This document shows, piece after piece, positions 9,353 through 18,514 of a stretch of DNA of 64,000 bases. Position numbers and translations under genes: made by a program. Origin of the DNA: Candidatus Bathyarchaeota archaeon (lineage in GTDB: Archaea > Thermoproteota > Bathyarchaeia > Bathyarchaeales > DTEX01); NCBI GenBank assembly GCA_025059045.1, contig JANXEA010000011.1, forward strand, positions 11,438 through 75,437, written 5' to 3'. The notes below the pieces were generated by a model. That model made no database searches and was not told where the DNA came from. It worked only from the letters and a program-made list of their open reading frames with translations. Numbering within the stretch: position 1 is the stretch's first letter; every line of letters starts with the position of its first letter.

Positions 9353-9530
9353 TACCCATTCATTCCTTCCTTAATAATCACCGAAATCTCAACCCTGGCC
9401 CTCATGCCCTAAGAATTGATAATTCGCCTTTTCTTAAAAGGTTTTTTAAGCTAACAAGGGACTAGGTCATAAATCGTTCCGATAGATTTTTCTGTAGTAT
9501 ACACTAAAAATTTAAAGCGGTGCCATTTCT

Positions 9531-9761
9531 ATGCAGGTGAACGTCTACATTTTTATCCAGGTAGAAAAGGGTGAACCTTGGCAGGTTGCAAAAGAGGTCT
9601 CAAGAATTGAGGGAGTCAAAACTGCTCATACAGTTACTGGTCAATACGATGTAATTGTTTTCGCCGAGCTTGAGAGCCTAGATGCACTCAAAGATTTGGT
9701 TAAAAGCATTCATCAAATAGAAGGCGTACAACATACTCAGACAGCAGTATGTATACCATAG
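9531..9761 (+). CDS. Stand-alone Lrp/AsnC ligand-binding (RAM) domain protein
   Basis: 76 aa. The beta-alpha-beta-beta-alpha-beta pattern VYIFIQVEKG...VAKEVSRIEGVKTAHTVTGQYDVIVFAELESLDALKDLV.SIHQIEGV..T.T is typical of AsnC_trans_reg domains without an HTH. Confidence 0.7.
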   Translation: MQVNVYIFIQVEKGEPWQVAKEVSRIEGVKTAHTVTGQYDVIVFAELESLDALKDLVKSIHQIEGVQHTQTAVCIP

Positions 9762-9783
9762 ATGAACTAAAATCGTCTTCCAA

Positions 9784-9799
9784 TTTTTTTTATTTTTTT
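9784..9799 (+). terminator. Oligo-T tract (T8 A T7), likely archaeal intrinsic terminator in a convergent spacer
   Basis: The sequence ttttttttattttttt lies about 20 nt downstream of the stop of the 9531..9761 gene. Archaeal RNAP terminates at oligo-T runs. Confidence 0.4.
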
Positions 9800-9841
9800 A
9801 TTATATCTCGGCAACTATTTTCTATATTGATTAGTAGAGGG

Positions 9842-10627
9842 TTAGGAAAACATTTGAGAAATCGGAGAGATTTCAACAAAGAAATGCGTGTATAGTGAGA
9901 CGGTGAGCAGCATAATCGAGAAAAGTGTAAGCGCTACATCTTTCATCCCGATCTTTAACGCATATATATTGGTTCGCTTTCTGCTTGCCCCCCACGCCCT
10001 TGATTCCATAGTTTCGGCAAGTTCAAGACTTCTTCTTATCGAGTTCACGAGCAGCGGCACCAGAATTGGAATATAATTTTTAATCCTTTTGACAAAGTTG
10101 CCTCCTTCAAGTTCAAGCCCCCTTGCCTTCTGCGCATCCACAATTGTCTGCGCTTCTTCTGCTAAAACCGGAACAAAGCGGACCGCCGTCGTAAATGCAA
10201 AGCATATGTCGTATGGGAAACCGCTTTGCTCAAGTGCCAAACCAAGTAGGTCGGGTGATGTTGTTAGGAAGAAAATCGAGAACGTTTCGACCAGCACGAG
10301 AAAACGTACTGTCATCGTAACTGATCTCTCAACAATGTATGCAACTGATGAGTAATATCCGTAGAAATGAAGTGATAGGAAATTCACAATGAAAATTATG
10401 GACGCAAAAAACAAGGCACCCCGCATGGAACGTGTCCATTCCCTCCCGACTCCTGCTACAACAACAAATGGAATCTGCATAAGAAAGATTACTAAAAGCG
10501 GGATTAAATTATTAAAGATAATAGCAACAGTAAAAGTCACGCAGATATAGAAGAATTTGACCCGTGGATCCAGCCGATGAACCGGGGATGAAACACTTCT
10601 GAATTTAAACCCGTCGAAAATGCTCAA
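9842..10627 (-). CDS. ecfT: ECF transporter transmembrane (T) component EcfT/CbiQ
   Basis: 261 aa, multi-TM. It has the conserved Ala-Arg-Gly coupling motif (DAQKARGLE). Its start overlaps the stop of the upstream ATPase by 4 nt. Confidence 0.85.
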   Translation of the reverse strand: MSIFDGFKFRSVSSPVHRLDPRVKFFYICVTFTVAIIFNNLIPLLVIFLMQIPFVVVAGVGREWTRSMRGALFFASIIFIVNFLSLHFYGYYSSVAYIVERSVTMTVRFLVLVETFSIFFLTTSPDLLGLALEQSGFPYDICFAFTTAVRFVPVLAEEAQTIVDAQKARGLELEGGNFVKRIKNYIPILVPLLVNSIRRSLELAETMESRAWGASRKRTNIYALKIGMKDVALTLFSIMLLTVSLYTHFFVEISPISQMFS

Positions 10628-11445
10628 ACCTTTTCACCTATGGCCCTTGAGAGTATGTCAACTGCCTCGTAAAGGTCGATAACATTCTTTGGAAAGCCAA
10701 GGTCTGAAAGCTTGATGAATACTTGTGTGATCTCTGGAAGAGCCACAGAGGCTTCGGTAAGCAGTTCAGAATTTGTCAGAATCTCCTGGGCGGCTCCATC
10801 ACCGATCACCCTGCCATTAGACATAAGAATAATCCTAGGTTTGCATTCTGCCACAAACTCCACATCATGAGACACTATTATAACCGTCTTCTCTTGTTTA
10901 TTCAGTTCAAAAATAAACTCTTTAAGGCTCTCCTTCTGCTGGCTGTCTTGACCTATAGTTGGTTCATCTATAATTATAATTTTTGGATCCCACGCTAAAA
11001 CGGAAGCCAAAGCTAACCTTTTCCTTTCACCACCACTAAGCATAAAGGGCGAGGCTTTTCGATACTGCGCTAGATCTAAGAGATCCAACACCCAATTAAT
11101 CCTTTCTTGCACTGTCCTTTCATCGAACCCGAAATTCCTTAACGCAAACGCTATCTCCTCCTCTACAGTCTCACTGAATAACTGATGATCTGGATTCTGA
11201 AAGACCAGACCCACATTCCGAGATAGCGCAGCCACACTGACCTGCCTAGTATCAACTCCATCAACAATAACTTTTCCTTTCGTCGGCTTTAAGAGTCCAT
11301 TAATATGCTTTACAAGCGTCGTCTTGCCAGCTCCATTTTGCCCCATAATCGCCACAAACTCTCCGTCAAGTATTTCAAGTGTTATGCCCCTTAACGCTTC
11401 AACCCCGTTAGGATACCTGAAATGTAAGTCCTCAATTTCAATCAT
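10624..11445 (-). CDS. ecfA2: ECF transporter ATPase component (EcfA2-like)
   Basis: Walker A GQNGAGKTT, ABC signature LSGGERKR, Walker B IIIIDEPT. 4-nt overlaps with both neighbours. Confidence 0.9.
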   Translation of the reverse strand: MIEIEDLHFRYPNGVEALRGITLEILDGEFVAIMGQNGAGKTTLVKHINGLLKPTKGKVIVDGVDTRQVSVAALSRNVGLVFQNPDHQLFSETVEEEIAFALRNFGFDERTVQERINWVLDLLDLAQYRKASPFMLSGGERKRLALASVLAWDPKIIIIDEPTIGQDSQQKESLKEFIFELNKQEKTVIIVSHDVEFVAECKPRIILMSNGRVIGDGAAQEILTNSELLTEASVALPEITQVFIKLSDLGFPKNVIDLYEAVDILSRAIGEKV

Positions 11446-12287
11446 CTTTTAAGAACCTCCAAAATTGATTGATAGACTTCCTCGGGACTAAGTGGAACCT
11501 TACCTAGGTCGAAACCCTTCGCTCTAAGAGACTCGAAAAGTCTAACAATCTTAGGTACGCCAACACCTACAAGTCTCAATTCTTCAGCTGTGAAGACTTT
11601 TCTGGGGTCCCCATCCATAACCACTTTACCATTATTCATAACTACTACGCGGTTTACATACTTTGCCGTCATATCAAGCCTATGCTCAACAAGGATAATC
11701 GTTATTCCCAAATCCTTGTTCAGTTTATTTATCACCTCAAATATCTGTCTAGCGCCCAGCGGATCTAGGAAACTCGTCGGCTCATCCAAGACTATGATTT
11801 CAGGCCGCATCGCCAATACCGAGGCGATTGCTACTCTTTGCTGTTGCCCCCCCGAAAGCTCAAATGGTGGACGATTTTTAAGATCATATACGCCTGTAAT
11901 CCTCATCGCCCAATCGATCCTTTCACGAATTTCATCCCTCGGGTAACCGAGGTTCTCGAGACCAAATGCAACATCTTTTTCAACCGTTAGGGCGAATAGT
12001 TGATTTTCAGGGTTCTGAAACACCATACCAACATGCCGGGCTAGTTCACATACTGGATGATCCTTGACCCGAAGACCTGCAACCACTATTTCCCCTTCAA
12101 GTCTCCCTCGGTAGAAATGGGGTATCAAACCGTTGAGACATCGACAGAATGTAGTTTTTCCGCATCCACTAGGGCCCGTTAAGAGTACAAACTCTCCTCT
12201 CTCAATCTTCAGATTTATATCTTCAAATGCTGGCCTACTCCCCGTGGGATACGTGTAAGTCAGTTCTTTAGTCTCTATTAGAGCCAA
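11442..12287 (-). CDS. ecfA1: ECF transporter ATPase component (EcfA1-like)
   Basis: Walker A GPSGCGKTT, signature LSGGQQQR, Walker B IIVLDEPT. Confidence 0.9.
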   Translation of the reverse strand: MALIETKELTYTYPTGSRPAFEDINLKIERGEFVLLTGPSGCGKTTFCRCLNGLIPHFYRGRLEGEIVVAGLRVKDHPVCELARHVGMVFQNPENQLFALTVEKDVAFGLENLGYPRDEIRERIDWAMRITGVYDLKNRPPFELSGGQQQRVAIASVLAMRPEIIVLDEPTSFLDPLGARQIFEVINKLNKDLGITIILVEHRLDMTAKYVNRVVVMNNGKVVMDGDPRKVFTAEELRLVGVGVPKIVRLFESLRAKGFDLGKVPLSPEEVYQSILEVLKR

Positions 12288-12478
12288 AACTCTTTAGCCA
12301 CCTTTTTTGGCCTTACCTTAACTTTTTTGGAAGATACTTGGCCAGAAATACTTAAACAAATCGTTTAGATAATACAAACCTCCGCAACCCGTATAATGAG
12401 AAAGTTTGAAGAACTATTGCAATTTAAAAGAAACTCTAATCAATACGATCATCATATTAATCCTGGGCGGAGCTTGCC

Positions 12479-13471
12479 TTGAGAATTTCATGGAGAGATG
12501 GAATCCATCTACAGTATAAAAATGTCGAAATGCTGCTTGACCCAATTATAAACATATGCAACCGAGCTCCAGTCTTTATTTCCCACGGTCACCATGACCA
12601 TTCATTTGCCTTCAGGCTGAAAAATGCTTTAAAGTTCTCATCTATAGAAACGATGCATCTGGTCTCTGCTTTTGGGGCTAAAATTGAAAACTGGCAGCGG
12701 CTAACCCTTCACAAAAAAGTTATGATCGACGACATTGAAGTGATCCCAAGAAACTCTGGCCATGTTTTAGGGTCATATGAGTTCGAGATATGCTCGCCTG
12801 ATGGAAGCATACTCTTCACTGGCGACTTTAACACTGAGTACACAAAAACTATGAGGCCAGCTGAACCCGTCCACTGCGATGTATTAATTCTTGAGGCAAC
12901 CTTCGGTTCGCCGAGCTTTACTTTCCCTCCGAAAGAGAAAGTGGCAAATGAGATGGTTACTTGGGCTAAAAATATGATTAGAGAGGGAAAATGCCCGACC
13001 TTTCAAACGGATCCGCTTGGAAACGCTCAGGAAGTGACACGAATCTTCAATGAGGCCGGTATCCCGGTTGTAACACATTGGAAAGTAACACGTGTAAGCG
13101 ATATTTATAGATCCTATGGTTATAAGTTGGAGTATGTAGACGAAAAGTCAGAGGATGCTAAAGAGATTATTGAGACCAAAAACTTTGTGTTTATAACCCC
13201 TAAAAATTATAATGTCAGAAATCGACGGGAATATGTCCCAGCGCTTGTTTCAGGCTGGGCTGTGTTTGCTAGGCGCGAAGCATTCCCCCTAAGCGATCAC
13301 GCAGACTTCCCGAATCTTATAAAATTTGTCGAAGAATGCAAACCTAAAGTTTTGCTTACTTGCCATGGCGAGAAGTATGATGAATGCTTCGCTCGTTACG
13401 TAGAAAGTAAACTCAAGATAAGGGCTTATCCAATCCATTTAATTCCCACCTATATTACCCGTGAAGGATAG
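12479..13471 (+). CDS. Metallo-beta-lactamase-fold hydrolase, possibly a minimal beta-CASP-type nuclease
   Basis: 330 aa, TTG start. HxHxDH motif SHGHHDHS, then NSGHVLGS, FTGDF, LSDHADF and TCHGE near the C-terminus. Confidence 0.65.
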   Translation: MRISWRDGIHLQYKNVEMLLDPIINICNRAPVFISHGHHDHSFAFRLKNALKFSSIETMHLVSAFGAKIENWQRLTLHKKVMIDDIEVIPRNSGHVLGSYEFEICSPDGSILFTGDFNTEYTKTMRPAEPVHCDVLILEATFGSPSFTFPPKEKVANEMVTWAKNMIREGKCPTFQTDPLGNAQEVTRIFNEAGIPVVTHWKVTRVSDIYRSYGYKLEYVDEKSEDAKEIIETKNFVFITPKNYNVRNRREYVPALVSGWAVFARREAFPLSDHADFPNLIKFVEECKPKVLLTCHGEKYDECFARYVESKLKIRAYPIHLIPTYITREG

Positions 13472-13592
13472 CGGCCTCTAATGATCTGAAGTAGACCGTT
13501 AATATCTGCAGCCATTTGAAACCGATAGGTTTAAGTTCTATGGACACCGTCTAAATAAAAAATATTGTAAACTATGGAGCGAATCTAAGGAA

Positions 13593-15770
13593 ATGAGTAA
13601 CATAGAGAAAATCATCTTTTCAAGCCAGCCTGAAGACCTTGAGTTTCCACCCCCCAGCTTAGATCATAGCCACCATGTCGTCTACCTCACATTGAAAGGT
13701 CACACCAGGCTAGCTGCAGACCATCTACTCCATCAGGAGATGCGTGGAAGACTAGTAGAAACTTTGCAAAACGTGGTCCGCCAATTGAATTTTGTCTTTA
13801 ACGTTAGTTTGCTAAACGGCTTCAATGAGAGGGAGATCTTGATCTGCGGAAGGGCTTATGATACGCTTCTGAATATGGCTCTAAACTTTTACGGTTTTGA
13901 AAGAAAAATCGTTGGTTTCTCGGAGAAGGAGGTGGATGAAGCCTTAGAAATCATAGTTAGGACATTAGAAGATTGGGAAAGGCTTGAGAGAGAGGAACTC
14001 TTTAATGGCAAAGAAGCATTGATTGCAAGGACTGTTGTTAAAGAAAACCTTAATGAAATGGAGAGGGTGATGCAGAAGGTCTATAGACCTCCTGGTGCAA
14101 TGGTTGCTTACATTGCTAAGGAGATTGAGAAAAAAATAGATGAAAAAAATATTCTGAAATCCTTTCTAGAAGCGGCAAAGGAGAGTATTAGGAGCAATAT
14201 CTATTACAAGGCTTCAGAGTTAGGTATCTGCAAGTTTGGGAACGATTATGCTTTAGGGCTCAGATGGCTCAGGCACTTGGGATTCGTGCAAGTATCAACG
14301 AATCCGTCTTTGGCGGCAATCGCCTATGATGATGATCCAAGCCAATGGGAGGGATACAAGGGTGAAAACTTGTGCGTAGACTTCAAAACGATACTTAGGC
14401 TTCATCCTGAATTGATGAAAAATCCTGGCGAAAGAGGAGATGAACTCGCAGCATATGCAACTGAAGTGAGTATATGGAGGAACTTGACAGTTTTTAGACC
14501 TATTGCGATCGCTTCTGGCATGCTTCACGGCATGATCAGCTTACAATTAAACCCTCTCGTAGCAGATAGCTATGAGAAAAGTATGCAATACGCCCTCAAG
14601 TTCTACTCGGATGCCGAGGAATTTCTGAAGAAGTATGACGCTTACCTTTTATGGGGATACTCGAATTATCTTGAGAGAGGAAGACCTAACATTGTATTCA
14701 AGGTTGCCGGGAGCTCACCTGCTGCGATAGAAATAACTAGAAAACTTGAAAGTCTGGGAATAGGAACAAATAATACAGTGACATTCACAGTGTCACAGGA
14801 AGTAGAACTCATATTGGCTAAAATAGACGGCAGAGCGGAAGCCATCAGAAAGGGGATCCCGCTCACAACCGTTTACGAAACTAATATGGGTGGAAGACTC
14901 GACGACCACATCCGCGAAGTACAAGCTGAAAAAATCATTCTTGAAGGGCTAAAGAAATCAAAAGACCGAGAAGAATCCCTGCGAAAACTTGCAGAGGCGC
15001 TGAATGCATGGAACGAGATAAAAGACCTACCAACAATTGAGGAAAAAGTTGTTGCACTTAGCAGCCGAAAATACCTAAACCCAATAAACAAAGAACCTTT
15101 GATCAAGTTCCTAGCCGAGAACGGCATTTTCTCCACTAAAATAGAGGAAGTTAAGAGAGAGTTAGATATGCTTGAGAATGACATTGAATATTGCGGCATC
15201 CTAGTAACCAAGAGGGTGTATGAAATATTCTTTTCCTCTACCAATAGACCCAAGTGGATCAAATATATACAGGCCCGTTACGGACTAACGAAAGAGCAAG
15301 CTGAAATGGTGATTGGAAGAATTGATGTCTTACCAGCTTCAAAGAGACACCCAAAGGAAACCCTACTTACCTTCGCAGATAAAAACATGACTCACACAGA
15401 ATTTCCAAATCATCAGATGAATGTATTGAATGTCAGCCTTAGTCCAGATTTCAATATTGAAAAGTTTCGTGAATCCGTTAATATGGATGTTGATCCCAAA
15501 ATTTTGGAAAGATTAACCAGTAAGTGGGGTGATATAAGAGATGAGTTCATTCGAGCTTATGAGTTAACGCCATCCCAACTATCAATACTTGAGACGGTCG
15601 GAATACTGAATCCTAAGAGATATGGCGAGAGAGGTGTTCCCCCTGAAGAATGGTCTATTTTCGGTTCAACAGTAAAGACAATGAAGGAATTCTCCTCAAG
15701 CTACGAGTTATTTAAGAAAAGGTGCATCGAGTTCGCAAAGAAGTTTTCCTCAGAGATTGGAATAAGATAA
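13593..15770 (+). CDS. Large (725 aa) protein with a central transaldolase/FSA-like class I aldolase core flanked by unassigned N- and C-terminal regions
   Basis: Core motifs seen by eye: VSTNPSL (res 234-240), VFKVAGS (Lys370, Schiff-base position), NNTVTFTVSQ (393-402) and MGGRLDD (432-438). About 230 N-terminal and about 280 C-terminal residues match no family I recognise. Confidence 0.55.
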   Translation: MSNIEKIIFSSQPEDLEFPPPSLDHSHHVVYLTLKGHTRLAADHLLHQEMRGRLVETLQNVVRQLNFVFNVSLLNGFNEREILICGRAYDTLLNMALNFYGFERKIVGFSEKEVDEALEIIVRTLEDWERLEREELFNGKEALIARTVVKENLNEMERVMQKVYRPPGAMVAYIAKEIEKKIDEKNILKSFLEAAKESIRSNIYYKASELGICKFGNDYALGLRWLRHLGFVQVSTNPSLAAIAYDDDPSQWEGYKGENLCVDFKTILRLHPELMKNPGERGDELAAYATEVSIWRNLTVFRPIAIASGMLHGMISLQLNPLVADSYEKSMQYALKFYSDAEEFLKKYDAYLLWGYSNYLERGRPNIVFKVAGSSPAAIEITRKLESLGIGTNNTVTFTVSQEVELILAKIDGRAEAIRKGIPLTTVYETNMGGRLDDHIREVQAEKIILEGLKKSKDREESLRKLAEALNAWNEIKDLPTIEEKVVALSSRKYLNPINKEPLIKFLAENGIFSTKIEEVKRELDMLENDIEYCGILVTKRVYEIFFSSTNRPKWIKYIQARYGLTKEQAEMVIGRIDVLPASKRHPKETLLTFADKNMTHTEFPNHQMNVLNVSLSPDFNIEKFRESVNMDVDPKILERLTSKWGDIRDEFIRAYELTPSQLSILETVGILNPKRYGERGVPPEEWSIFGSTVKTMKEFSSSYELFKKRCIEFAKKFSSEIGIR

Positions 15771-15799
15771 ACTCTCTATAACTGACCAGTATCACAAAG

Positions 15800-16660
15800 G
15801 TGGAAAAATTGCAATCTCATATTTATAAGGCAAAGAAGATGCGAAAAGGATATACAAATATTGTTGGTCCTCAAAACTCTGAACTGAGATACATAGAGTT
15901 TGGCATATTGTTTCTGCCTGAGGTAGGTGACAAGTTCGAGGGTAGAACAGAAAGTAACGAGGTAGTCCTCACAATCTTTACTGGGAAATGTTCAATTCAA
16001 GCATGGAGGAATTCCTTTAACATTGACTTTCGAAGCATAGGCGAAAGAAGCGATGTTTTCTCTGGAAGAGCAACGGCTGTTTACCTTCCACCCAAAACAG
16101 AATATAGTGTAGTAGCTGAAACACCGAGATTAGAGATTGGAGTTTCCGGGGCCAGGAGTAGTATAGAAGGTGTACCCACATTAGTTAAGCCGGTGGATGT
16201 TATAGAAAGGACTGTCGGAGCATTGAATTGGACAAGAAAAGTATACACGATAATAGGAGAGAATGTGAAGGCTGAGAGAATTCTCGTTGGGGAGACTATT
16301 AATCCTCCGGGAAACTGGTCCAGTTGCCCACCGCACAAGCATGACAGAAAAACTTTTGAAGAAGCCCCGCTGGAAGAGGTCTACTTCTATAAGATCAAAC
16401 CTGAACAGGGATTTGGTCTACAAAGAATCTATAGCTCACCTGAAGATGATGAACCTTTCGATGTGGTTTATGTTGTGGAGAACAATGATACAATAGTTAT
16501 CCCGCGAGGATACCATCCGGTTGCGGCTGCACCTGGCTACCGCTTATATTATCTTTGGACGCTTGCTGGGGATGAGAGAAGATACGGTGCCTGGACCGAT
16601 GACCCCAAGCATAGCTGGCTTAGAAAGCATGAGCTAATGTTGCGTGAATTCTTAACATAA
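15800..16660 (+). CDS. iolB: 5-deoxy-glucuronate isomerase (IolB / KduI-IolB cupin family)
   Basis: GTG start. The motifs GNWSSCPPHKHD, LEEVYFYKI.PEQGFG.QR.Y, IPRGYHPV.A.PGY..YYLW and DDPKHSWL are collinear with Bacillus subtilis IolB as remembered. Confidence 0.8.
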   Translation: MEKLQSHIYKAKKMRKGYTNIVGPQNSELRYIEFGILFLPEVGDKFEGRTESNEVVLTIFTGKCSIQAWRNSFNIDFRSIGERSDVFSGRATAVYLPPKTEYSVVAETPRLEIGVSGARSSIEGVPTLVKPVDVIERTVGALNWTRKVYTIIGENVKAERILVGETINPPGNWSSCPPHKHDRKTFEEAPLEEVYFYKIKPEQGFGLQRIYSSPEDDEPFDVVYVVENNDTIVIPRGYHPVAAAPGYRLYYLWTLAGDERRYGAWTDDPKHSWLRKHELMLREFLT

Positions 16661-16685
16661 GGTTTAATAGTAGAATTTGGCGTTA

Positions 16686-17690
16686 TCACTGTTCACTCAG
16701 TCTTTCTCTTATAATTTTCGCCGCCTCTTTCACCACATTTTCAAAGTTCCCGACACAATTAACCCCTGCAGCTGTAGAATGCCCCCCTCCCATACCATTT
16801 AAACATTCGCCGAGTGGTTTAGCCAAGTCTCTGCCAAGGTGGAATCCTGTTTCTTTATAAAATTGTTGATCAGATCGAATGCTAATCTGCAAAGTTCCCT
16901 TCTTTTGACCAGCAACTATCGCCACATGCGCGCCCATATCCACAAGAGCCCTAGAGGCTGAAGCTTGATAAGAACGAACATGAGAGAAGACTATAAGCCA
17001 TTTTCCAAGTCGCATCAATTCAAGTCTTTTACAAGCTTTCAAACGTGCAATACGTTCAGATATGTCCATTTTAACAGAGAGTCTTGAAAGGACTTCTCGT
17101 GCATCGACGCCAACGTCAACAAGGTCAGCTATTATCTTAAAAGTACTTGAATTTGCCAGAGTGAAATGCTTAGTGTCAAACGCTATTCCTAGAATGAGCG
17201 CTTCCGCCTCGGTTTTCGAGGGCTTAATACCCAGGCTTTTGAAGAATGTGTATATTATTTCGCATGTTGATGATGATTTTTCATCCGATACTATTAGGGC
17301 TGCAATTTTCTCAGTCTCATGGTGAATTGCATGATGATCAATGACGATAAGAGGAGATTTTGATTCTTTAATTTTTTCTTTCCATCCTCCCAGCTGCTGA
17401 ATCGTATTCGTATCCACCATTATAATAAGGTCCACGAGCTCGAGATCGAATTCTTCAGCCTCTAGTTCAACATAATTGATAGGTATGAAGTTGCATACCT
17501 CTTTTGACAGTTTGCTTACGCCTTCTGGACAGACAATCTGGATATTAGCCCCTTCAATCAGCCGCCTCAACAACTGTGAAAACACGTACGCTGAACATAT
17601 GGCATCTGGATCGGCATTCTGATGGCAGAGAATTATAATTGACTCAACTTTGGATTTACCAATCAGGGACTTGATGTCTTGAATTGACAT
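16686..17690 (-). CDS. DHH-family phosphoesterase (NrnA/RecJ-like, DHH + DHHA1)
   Basis: Motifs HQNADPDAICSA (DxD), MVDT, VIDHHAIH (DHH) and GGGHSTAAG (DHHA1). Confidence 0.8.
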   Translation of the reverse strand: MSIQDIKSLIGKSKVESIIILCHQNADPDAICSAYVFSQLLRRLIEGANIQIVCPEGVSKLSKEVCNFIPINYVELEAEEFDLELVDLIIMVDTNTIQQLGGWKEKIKESKSPLIVIDHHAIHHETEKIAALIVSDEKSSSTCEIIYTFFKSLGIKPSKTEAEALILGIAFDTKHFTLANSSTFKIIADLVDVGVDAREVLSRLSVKMDISERIARLKACKRLELMRLGKWLIVFSHVRSYQASASRALVDMGAHVAIVAGQKKGTLQISIRSDQQFYKETGFHLGRDLAKPLGECLNGMGGGHSTAAGVNCVGNFENVVKEAAKIIRERLSEQ

Positions 17691-17974
17691 CCCATCTTCC
17701 TCAAGTATTTCTCCACGGCTGCGAATGCGGCTCCCGTGGATTCGTTGACCAATCTTTTAACATCTATCCCTTTACAAAGCGGCGAGAGTGTTAACTCCAC
17801 CTCCACTTCAATGTTTAAGTCTTCTACTTTATCGATGTCAACCGAAACAGTTAGGTCGGAAATGTTATTCGCGGGTATTTTGGATAGAATGGCTCTTCGA
17901 GCGGCTTCCTCCGCTACCTCGGATATTTTCTCTAAATCCTCTTGAGTTAGCTCCGATACATTTGAATCGGCCAA
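17663..17974 (-). CDS. Small acidic conserved archaeal protein (possibly DUF3194-type), co-transcribed with prefoldin beta
   Basis: 103-aa ORF. It overlaps the downstream DHH gene by 28 nt and sits 15 nt after pfdB. The family name is recalled from memory only. Confidence 0.4.
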   Translation of the reverse strand: MADSNVSELTQEDLEKISEVAEEAARRAILSKIPANNISDLTVSVDIDKVEDLNIEVEVELTLSPLCKGIDVKRLVNESTGAAFAAVEKYLRKMGCQFKTSSP

Positions 17975-17988
17975 GCACTTTCACCGAT

Positions 17989-18351
17989 TCACGCGGGAGA
18001 TAGTGGGCGCAGGTCTTTCTGTAGTTTTTCTGAGAGCTCTTTTATTTGGCTTCTTAGCCGCTCCTCCTGTTTTCCTAGAACGGATATTCTCATATTGGCT
18101 AACTCTTTTCTTTCGTTAAGATCTGTAATGACCTTTGCTTTCTCAGTCCTTATAAGTAATGAGCCGGCAGATTTATACACGATACCATCATCTGATATTT
18201 TTTCAAGTTCGGACAGAGCCTGATCAATCTCCAGAAGCTCAATCTCAAGTTGTTGTTTTTGAGTCAAAATATTCTGGAGCGTCTGCTGTAGTTGCTGAAG
18301 TCTGAGTAGTCTCTCTTGAACGGCAGGCGGCAATTTGACTTCTTCACTCAT
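17989..18351 (-). CDS. pfdB: Prefoldin subunit beta
   Basis: 120 aa. Two coiled-coil arms flank a beta-hairpin region: QQLQQTLQNILTQKQQLEIELLEIDQALSELEK...DGIVYKSAGSLLIRTEKAKVITDLNERKELANMRISVLGKQEERL. Confidence 0.85.
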   Translation of the reverse strand: MSEEVKLPPAVQERLLRLQQLQQTLQNILTQKQQLEIELLEIDQALSELEKISDDGIVYKSAGSLLIRTEKAKVITDLNERKELANMRISVLGKQEERLRSQIKELSEKLQKDLRPLSPA

Positions 18352-18514
18352 ATCTCCAACATCCTTTAATCTATTGCTTCAATAGAGAATTCTGTCAAAC
18401 GTTGATGTTATATATTATGCTTTTGGATGAACATTTACTTTACTAAGAACTAAGGCAACGAATCTCGAATCGGAATACATATCTTCACCAGACCCCACCA
18501 AATTCGAGTATAAA

